DNA from: Thermodesulfobacteriota bacterium
GTDB lineage: Bacteria > Desulfobacterota > Desulfarculia > JACQYL01
Assembly (NCBI GenBank): GCA_963675595.2
Contig: CAXXLZ010000002.1
Coordinates: 4,064,001 to 4,128,000, forward strand
Direction of reading: 5' to 3'
DNA: 64,000 nt
The translations under genes and the position numbers were made by a program. How positions within the stretch are numbered: the first letter of the stretch is position 1; each line of letters starts with the position of its first letter. Positions 37,188 through 43,918 of the stretch are shown piece by piece. The notes beneath the pieces are model-generated. The model made no database searches. It was given only the letters and a program-made list of their open reading frames with translations, and was not told where the DNA came from.

Positions 37188-39219
37188 GCCTGAGAGCGGG
37201 ATCCGGGGTTACGGGACTTATGTGATCGTGAGTCTCGCCTTCTTGGCTTTGCTGGGCAGCCTGCAGGCTTTGATATGGTTGTACTGGGACACGGTACTCG
37301 AGCCTCGTTTGCGGAGGGAAGCGGCGTCCCAGGCCGATGTACTGGCCCATTCCCAGGCGGCCAGGTTGGCGGACGCCTTGGTTGTGGCCGATCCGGTTCA
37401 ACGACTTCAGTCACTCCGAGAAACGATCGCCGAAGCTCTTTTGTTCACGGGCCCACAAACCAACCAACCGCTGTTCTTAGGCCTGAGCCTGGAGATCGAC
37501 TACGATGTGGTTTCCGCGCCTGCCGGGAGTTTGAACCTTGTCCACGGCATAAGTTATTGCTCGGACTGCTTCCTCTCCGAAGTAGCCCTCTACTCGCCCC
37601 GCTCCGATGAACTGCTCGGTATCGCTCGATTCCGCGTGAATAACGATCTGTTCCGAAACCTGAGTAAGGATGTCAAGAAGACGCTTTTTACCCAATCACA
37701 TGTTGGGATCGTCTTGTTGCTCTCGGCATGGGGCTTCGTCCTTATATTGATCAGGGAAATCAACCGCTCACGCCGGCAGGCCGAAGCAGCCAATCGAGCC
37801 AAAAGCACGTTTCTAGCCAATATGAGCCATGAACTCAGGACGCCCCTGAACGCCATCATCGGATTCTCCGAACTGATGCAACGGGATCCCGACTTTTCAC
37901 CAAAACACAGAGAAAACCTCTCAGTCATAAACCGGAGTGGCAACTACCTCCTCGAACTCATCAATGATGTCTTGGAGTTGTCCAGGATTGAGGCCGCCCA
38001 GATCCATCTGAACGAAACCACCTTCGACATCTATGAGATGTTGGACGGTGTTGTGAAGATGATGCGTCTTCGCGTTGAAAAAAAGAATCTACGTTTCATT
38101 TTTGAACGCATGGAAGATATCCCGCGCTATGTCAGAACGGATGAAAGAAAATTAAGGCAGATTCTACTGAATCTATTGGGAAACGCCATCAAGTTTACGG
38201 AACAAGGATGCGTCGTCCTGCGAGTGAGTCGGGAAGATGGTGAGTCCGATCCGAGTAGTGAGCTTCTGATTCTTCGTTTCGAGGTGGAGGATACCGGCCC
38301 TGGAATTCCGTCCGAGGAGCGCAATAGAATCTTCGATGCATTCACTCAGGCTCGAAGCGGCTACGACAAAAAGGAAGGAGCCGGTCTAGGTCTGACGATA
38401 AGTCGCCAGTTTGTTGAAAATCTGGGCGGTGAAATCAGTGTGGACAGCTCCGTCGGTGCGGGGACGGTTTTCAGATTCACCATACGGGCGGTGTCCGCCG
38501 CAGCCTCCACCGTGGAGGCCCATCGGGAGGCACGTACCGTTATCGGCTTGAAACATCAAACCGGAAGCGGGAACGATCAACCCTACCGGATACTGGTGGT
38601 GGATGATCATGAGGAGAACAGGTCGCTTCTCCGGATGCTGCTGGAACCGGTCGGCTTCCTGGTGAGAACAGCCGAAAACGGCCGGCAGGCCGTTGATATC
38701 GACGACACATGGAAGCCGGACCTGATTTGGATGGACATGCGGATGCCTGTGATGGACGGTTACGAGGCAACAAAAAGAATCCGCAAAACGGAGCGAGAGA
38801 GAGGACGTAACCGCCCGATCATTATCGCACTCACGGCCGGCGCGTTCAGGGAGGACCGCGATGCGGTCCTTGCGGCCGGTTGCGATGACTTTGTCCGTCG
38901 TCCTTTTCGCGAGTCCGAGATATGGGAGAAGATGCATAAGCATCTCGGCGTGGAGTTCGTTTACGGCGAGCCGGAGAGTCAGGAATCGGAGCAGACCCTC
39001 GATGATAATACCATCACCGAAAGCGTTGACTCTTTGTCCGCGGACCTACGACTTGATTTCAAGAACGCAGTGGAATCCATAGATTTCGAGAAAGCCATGG
39101 TTGTCATCGGACGGATTCAAAAAGAAGATGAACGCCTTGCCTCCTTTTTGAAGGAACTGGTCAATGCCTACCAATTCGATGTCTTACAAAGACTTTTTGA
39201 AATGGAAAGACGGAATTAG
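37177..39219 (+). CDS. Hybrid sensor kinase (periplasmic sensor, HisKA, HATPase, REC)
   Basis: Two TM segments, FLANMSHELRTPL, NLLGNAIKFT, GAGLGL, WMDMRMP. Confidence 0.92.
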   Translation: MKNKPESGIRGYGTYVIVSLAFLALLGSLQALIWLYWDTVLEPRLRREAASQADVLAHSQAARLADALVVADPVQRLQSLRETIAEALLFTGPQTNQPLFLGLSLEIDYDVVSAPAGSLNLVHGISYCSDCFLSEVALYSPRSDELLGIARFRVNNDLFRNLSKDVKKTLFTQSHVGIVLLLSAWGFVLILIREINRSRRQAEAANRAKSTFLANMSHELRTPLNAIIGFSELMQRDPDFSPKHRENLSVINRSGNYLLELINDVLELSRIEAAQIHLNETTFDIYEMLDGVVKMMRLRVEKKNLRFIFERMEDIPRYVRTDERKLRQILLNLLGNAIKFTEQGCVVLRVSREDGESDPSSELLILRFEVEDTGPGIPSEERNRIFDAFTQARSGYDKKEGAGLGLTISRQFVENLGGEISVDSSVGAGTVFRFTIRAVSAAASTVEAHREARTVIGLKHQTGSGNDQPYRILVVDDHEENRSLLRMLLEPVGFLVRTAENGRQAVDIDDTWKPDLIWMDMRMPVMDGYEATKRIRKTERERGRNRPIIIALTAGAFREDRDAVLAAGCDDFVRRPFRESEIWEKMHKHLGVEFVYGEPESQESEQTLDDNTITESVDSLSADLRLDFKNAVESIDFEKAMVVIGRIQKEDERLASFLKELVNAYQFDVLQRLFEMERRN

Positions 39220-39318
39220 CGTCTAAGCGGCATCCTGTTTTTTGTGGACCTGTCAAATGGTTACGCTATTTATAACCATCCGTATCTTTTCAATTTATTT
39301 GCTTTCGAGCTCATTCGG

Positions 39319-39372
39319 TCATTTATGATAATGATCATAAATGATGCAAATCAATTGAGAATAGTTTTGATT
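39319..39372. promoter_or_regulatory. AT-rich palindrome / Fur-box-like sequence between convergent genes
   Basis: TCATTTATGAT-AATG-ATCATAAATGA (perfect 11-4-11, contains GATAATGAT); weaker TTGAGAATAGTTTTGA downstream. Confidence 0.35.
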
Positions 39373-39380
39373 CAACCCCT

Positions 39381-41837
39381 TCAGAAGACTCTATGGCGGA
39401 GCTTCCAGAGCGCGAGTCCCATGGACAGAACCATGAGAAGAATCATGCCCCATTCCGACAGGGTGGGCACGGAGGCGACGGCAGGCCCGGTCCGGCGCGC
39501 GCCGATGCCGCCCGGGTCAACGGTCTCGCCGTTTGCGATGCCGTCCTGATCCCCTTCGCCCCCGTCCGTCAGGATGAGCACAAAGGTGTTGTCCCCGTCA
39601 TTCAGCCCCCCCACGTTGGCGTAGGGGGTGTAAGCGCCGGTTTCTTCGTCGAACTTGTAAAAGGTGGAGCCCACGGGAATGCTTCCGGTCATGGTGAACG
39701 CGATGCGGACCGTGCCTCCCACGGGAACGTTGACGACCTTGAAGTCCATGATCCCCCAGGGGAAGTCCGTGCTGGGGGGCGGGGTCCCGCCGGGGTCTTG
39801 ACTGTTCATGTAAAGGATGTAGGGACCTCCCTCGCTCCTCTCGATCTGCATTTCCCAGCCCGCCGCCGGCCCGTCGATGAAATGGGAATCGAAGGAACCC
39901 TGCACCACGGTGCAGGTCTTGTCGGCAATGCTGATGGTTCCGGTCCGGGGTTGATTGGGGTAGCCGTTTTCCGTGATGCGGTAGGTCACCGCGCCGTTCC
40001 CGGTTCCGGAGGCTTCGCCGGTGAGGATGATCCATTCGGCGTTTGAAGCGGCGGTCCAAGGACACCTTTCGGGGATCGTCACATCCATGGTCAAGTTGTT
40101 CGTTGCATCCGGTCCGTGCTGGGGATTCTCGGGATCGATGACTGCCGTGCAGGCGCTCCACAGGGCGTAGAGAGTCCGATCGGCTGCAGGCATGTTGAAC
40201 GTGTCCCCCGGGTCGTACGCGCTTCCGCCCCCGCCCTCCTCGGTGTTCCATTCTTTGAAACCGTAACCGGATTTCTCCATCGTGCCCGGTTCGGGCACGG
40301 TGACCGTATCTCCTGCCTCGTAGGCTTTGGCGTCCGTGGGAGCGGTCCCGCCCGTATTGCCGTTGCCGTCGTAAGTGACCGTGTAGGTGGGTACAAAATT
40401 AGCGGTGACCGTGGCCGAGCCCGTCAGGGTCAACGTGGTGGCGGGGTCGGACGCGTCGCCGAAGGCCGCATTTTCGGCCGGGTCGGCTGTCCAGTTGACA
40501 AAGGCATAGCCGGACGTAGATGTTCCCGTAATGTCTTGAGTGGCGCCCGCGTCCAGAATGGTCTTTGTTCCCGAGGCGGGCACGGTCGTACCCCCTGCGT
40601 CCGGGTCCTTGGCCATGGTGAGGGCCACCTTAACGGTTAGTGTGCCGTTGACATAAGTGATATCGTAGTTGGCAAGTCCTGTTCCCTGTGCGTTGGAAGC
40701 TTCAATGTCATACGTTCCCGGCGATGCATCAGCTGCCGCGCCGGTACTTGTCAATGTAACGGATGTGATGGAATCACCGTTGACAAGTCCTGAGTCTGTG
40801 AATTCCGTCCCCGCAAATGTCAATGTCGTGCCTTGGACTTTGGAGGTATTATCCGCCGTGATCGTCAGGGCTTTCTCCGTTACCGTCAAGTCTCCAGCTG
40901 AGTAAGTTATAGAATAATTTGAAGATGTAAACGTCCCTCCGGTGGCGGAACTGATGCCGATTACATCGCTGTACGTGCCTACAGTGTCCGATGCCTCATT
41001 CCCGCCCGAATACGCAACGGATACACTTCCGATGGTCTCCGAACCTGCCAGTCCGTTTGAAGTAAACGCCGTGTATCCTGTTCCATCGTTCAGGGTTGTT
41101 CCGTACTCTTTGCTCCCTGCGGTAGCCGTTACGAGCAAATTCTCGGGATTAATATCCGCCTTGGCGGAGGCGGTTGTTGAAGAAAGAGAAAATTTGCCCG
41201 AATCATTACCTGACAATGAAATATCGGTGATGACAACATTTATGTCATTGCCGACATTTTCACCGTCGAAAACAGCGGCGGAATAGGTGGCTGAAACATC
41301 ATAGGCTGTAAAGATATTCTGCAGGTCCAAATCAGCCGTTGCAGTTGTTGTGCCGTCATAGGCTTTGTCGTGGGCAACTGCAATCGCGGTCAGCCGTACT
41401 TGAGCGTCACCGGTTATCTCGCCGGTATTGGAGATTGTCGTGCCGCCCACGCCCATATCAATGGTCTTGATTCCGCTGTTTCCGGCCGTCAGGTTGTTCG
41501 TGGCGTTCGAACCGGTCATGGACTGAGCTGTTCCATCGAGAATGACCGTGCCGGTTCCGGCGTTGAAGGTCCCGGAGTTGCTCCAGTCGCCCGCGCACTG
41601 AATGATACCCGCTCCCGATGTCAACGTTCCGTTGGCCTGAACAGCGATGCCGCCCGCGCCCACATCGAGGGTGTTGTCGCCCACGGAAAGCGTCGAACCG
41701 GTGGTCCCGTCCCCGATGGTGAGCTTGTCGCATGCCGTGTCGCACGAAAGGGTCAACTGGGCGGCTCCCAGCGCCGTTCCGGCCATCAGGACAGCAGTCG
41801 CGATTACCATACCGCTCCAAAGGGATATTTTTCTCAT
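39381..41837 (-). CDS. Secreted multidomain surface protein (YDG, MBG x2, InlB-B/Flg_new-like repeats, BACON-like, choice-of-anchor-like) with IPTL-CTERM
   Basis: Signal peptide and SD AAGGAG; DKAYDG; SK.YG...NY.ITY..G.LTV twice; YTVTYDGNG...LYALW; VPTLSEWGMILL followed by TM and basic tail. Confidence 0.82.
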   Translation of the reverse strand: MRKISLWSGMVIATAVLMAGTALGAAQLTLSCDTACDKLTIGDGTTGSTLSVGDNTLDVGAGGIAVQANGTLTSGAGIIQCAGDWSNSGTFNAGTGTVILDGTAQSMTGSNATNNLTAGNSGIKTIDMGVGGTTISNTGEITGDAQVRLTAIAVAHDKAYDGTTTATADLDLQNIFTAYDVSATYSAAVFDGENVGNDINVVITDISLSGNDSGKFSLSSTTASAKADINPENLLVTATAGSKEYGTTLNDGTGYTAFTSNGLAGSETIGSVSVAYSGGNEASDTVGTYSDVIGISSATGGTFTSSNYSITYSAGDLTVTEKALTITADNTSKVQGTTLTFAGTEFTDSGLVNGDSITSVTLTSTGAAADASPGTYDIEASNAQGTGLANYDITYVNGTLTVKVALTMAKDPDAGGTTVPASGTKTILDAGATQDITGTSTSGYAFVNWTADPAENAAFGDASDPATTLTLTGSATVTANFVPTYTVTYDGNGNTGGTAPTDAKAYEAGDTVTVPEPGTMEKSGYGFKEWNTEEGGGGSAYDPGDTFNMPAADRTLYALWSACTAVIDPENPQHGPDATNNLTMDVTIPERCPWTAASNAEWIILTGEASGTGNGAVTYRITENGYPNQPRTGTISIADKTCTVVQGSFDSHFIDGPAAGWEMQIERSEGGPYILYMNSQDPGGTPPPSTDFPWGIMDFKVVNVPVGGTVRIAFTMTGSIPVGSTFYKFDEETGAYTPYANVGGLNDGDNTFVLILTDGGEGDQDGIANGETVDPGGIGARRTGPAVASVPTLSEWGMILLMVLSMGLALWKLRHRVF

Positions 41838-41851
41838 GGGGATTTCTCCTT

Positions 41852-42109
41852 AGAGCCCGAAAAACCCGCAATTGGATGGCCAAACATACCGAGGAGATCG
41901 AGCTTTTCCATCTGCCTGCTTACAGCCCTGACCGAAACCCGGATGAGTTGCTTAGCCGTGACGTCACAAGTAATACCGCCCGAAAGAGAACAGTCGGGAA
42001 CCTCAAAGGCGTTATGAGGATCATCCGGAGTCACCTCTGGAAACAACAGTGGCGGCCTGAACTCTTCCGGAGCTTCTTCAAGAAGCAACAGGCTGCTTAC
42101 GCTGCATAA
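41852..42109 (+). pseudogene. IS630-family transposase C-terminal remnant
   Basis: IELFHLPAYSPDRNPDE (LP.YSPELNP.E motif), ...SFFK...YAA end; N-terminus missing. Confidence 0.8.
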
Positions 42110-42217
42110 ATACTAATCGATTTTCGTGTTTTGATTTTGGGTTGAGGTTTCAATTCGATCCGGTGGATCGCGCCGATGCGTCTGTTGCATTGGGGAGGTA
42201 TGGAATCTGTTCCTACC

Positions 42218-42368
42218 AGGCTGTTGAAGAACGCGATCTGCGGCGTTGCGCTTCATCCCTCGTCACTGCGACGTACTCTATGTACGTCTCATTCCTCAGG
42301 ATTTGCGCGCCTTGCATCTCATCGTTTTTCAGCAGCCTGCCGCAACCGGCTTTTTTCAACGGGCTGCT
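42218..42368. repeat. Palindromic MITE/REP-like repeat (family B), target of the IS110
   Basis: Terminal IR AGGCTGTTGAAGAACG / CGTTTTTCAGCAGCCT (42218-42338) plus an extra end TTTTTTCAACGGGCTGCT; internally deleted copy at 60281-60335. Confidence 0.82.
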
Positions 42369-42446
42369 GATATGGCTGCACACGTCAATAGGGCGCAGCA
42401 TTCTTCCGCCCCTTGTAGCGTTGGGGTATGGCTACCATTTATGGAA

Positions 42447-42641
42447 CTTCAACCTGCGGACAGAGGCGGAACCTGCATAGCGACGGTGGATCATGCTGAT
42501 ATTCGCGGGTTGGTTACCGCCGGACTTGGTTCGTCGCGGAGCTGCCTCTTTCTAGAGACGAGGGTTCGGCAGATGCCAGATCTCCTATCAGGTCACGAGG
42601 ATTCTCCTTACCGCGGTTGCGCCCCTGCTCACAGGTTGAAG
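42447..42641 (-). ncRNA. Predicted bridge RNA / seekRNA of the IS110
   Basis: Closed by CTTCAACCTG/CAGGTTGAAG and a longer outer stem; two internal-loop domains carrying donor-matching (ATATCAG) and target-matching (CCTGAT, TCTCTAG) segments. Confidence 0.72.
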
Positions 42642-42707
42642 CCGGTGTTTTTCCCTTTTACAGTGCCGTCCTCCTTCCAAATCGAACGATATGGTGTTGA
42701 TGTGAGG

Positions 42708-43814
42708 CTAAGCGGCAACGGGAACCTCTCTGGCGATCGCCCACAGAAAGGCGGCCATCTCCCTTGCAATGGCCGTGACGGCCACTTGCGACGGCTTACC
42801 CCGGGCCATCAGCCGGTGGTACCGGCCGCACAGACGCAGCTGGGCCTTCCAGCCGATCTTGCAGACCTCGGACGGCGCCTCCTCCCGCCGATCCCTCAGC
42901 CTGCGGCCCACTCGGGGCGGATAGCGATAGGTCCAGGCCCCCTGGATCAATACCCGGCGCGCATGTCCGTTGCCGGACTTGGTAATGCCTCCTTGTTTGC
43001 GCCGTCCTCCGCTGGAACTCTCCGAGGGGACCAAACCCAGATACGCCGTCAACTGCCCGGGCTCATCAAATCGCGTCATGTCGCCCACTTCGGCCACCAC
43101 AGTGACGGCCACGATCAACGACACGCCTCGCATCGATTGGAAGGCCTCCACGACCGGTTTCATAGGCCAGTGCTCCACCTGCTCGCCAATCTGCTCCACC
43201 AATCGCGCCACCCGGCGCTCGCACTCTTCAATGGTGTCGATATACTCCTGAAAAACGATCTGCTGGGCCGGGTGTTCAAACGACTGGTCCGAAAGCCACC
43301 TCCGGTGGGCCCGGCTCCACTTCCGCGGCCCGCCGTACTTCCGACCGTGGCGCAGCAAAAAGGCGTTGAGCCGCTGTTTGGCCTTTCGCTCCGAGCTCTT
43401 GGCATCCTCCCGGGCCCTGGTCAAATCCCGTATCGCCTCGTCCTCCACACGGGGAACATACACCCCCGTGAGTTCTCCAGCCCGATGAAGACGAGCCAGG
43501 GTGACCGCATCCCGTCGATCCGTCTTGATCCGATCGCCGGCTCGTTGGGGCGTCAGCGAGGGCGCCACGACCGTGCAATGGATTCCCCGGGCATGCAGGT
43601 GCCGGTAAAGAACATAGCCGCACGGGCCGGCTTCGTAGACCACCCGAAGCCGATCCTTCTTGTAGCCCAGCCGGCGAATCAATCGATCCACATCCGACGG
43701 CTCCCCGTTGATCTTGCCGTAAGATCGGACTTCTCCATCACGGGACCCTTCGGCCAGGGCAACGTCTATCGATTTCTGGTGAACATCCAATCCAACAAAG
43801 ATAAAATCGGTCAT
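42708..43814 (-). CDS. IS110-family DEDD recombinase/transposase
   Basis: GLDVHQ, YEAG, KTDRRDA (DEDD), GLVPSESSSGG (catalytic Ser loop), TAIARE; SD AAGGAGG. Confidence 0.95.
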   Translation of the reverse strand: MTDFIFVGLDVHQKSIDVALAEGSRDGEVRSYGKINGEPSDVDRLIRRLGYKKDRLRVVYEAGPCGYVLYRHLHARGIHCTVVAPSLTPQRAGDRIKTDRRDAVTLARLHRAGELTGVYVPRVEDEAIRDLTRAREDAKSSERKAKQRLNAFLLRHGRKYGGPRKWSRAHRRWLSDQSFEHPAQQIVFQEYIDTIEECERRVARLVEQIGEQVEHWPMKPVVEAFQSMRGVSLIVAVTVVAEVGDMTRFDEPGQLTAYLGLVPSESSSGGRRKQGGITKSGNGHARRVLIQGAWTYRYPPRVGRRLRDRREEAPSEVCKIGWKAQLRLCGRYHRLMARGKPSQVAVTAIAREMAAFLWAIAREVPVAA

Positions 43815-43918
43815 GGCCTGCCTCCTTGGTGTTGGTTCTGTGGGCGTGGTGATTACTCGCACCATAACCCAACAACGCAGGAGACGGGCCTACTTTCCTG
43901 CACGTGCAGCCATTATGT

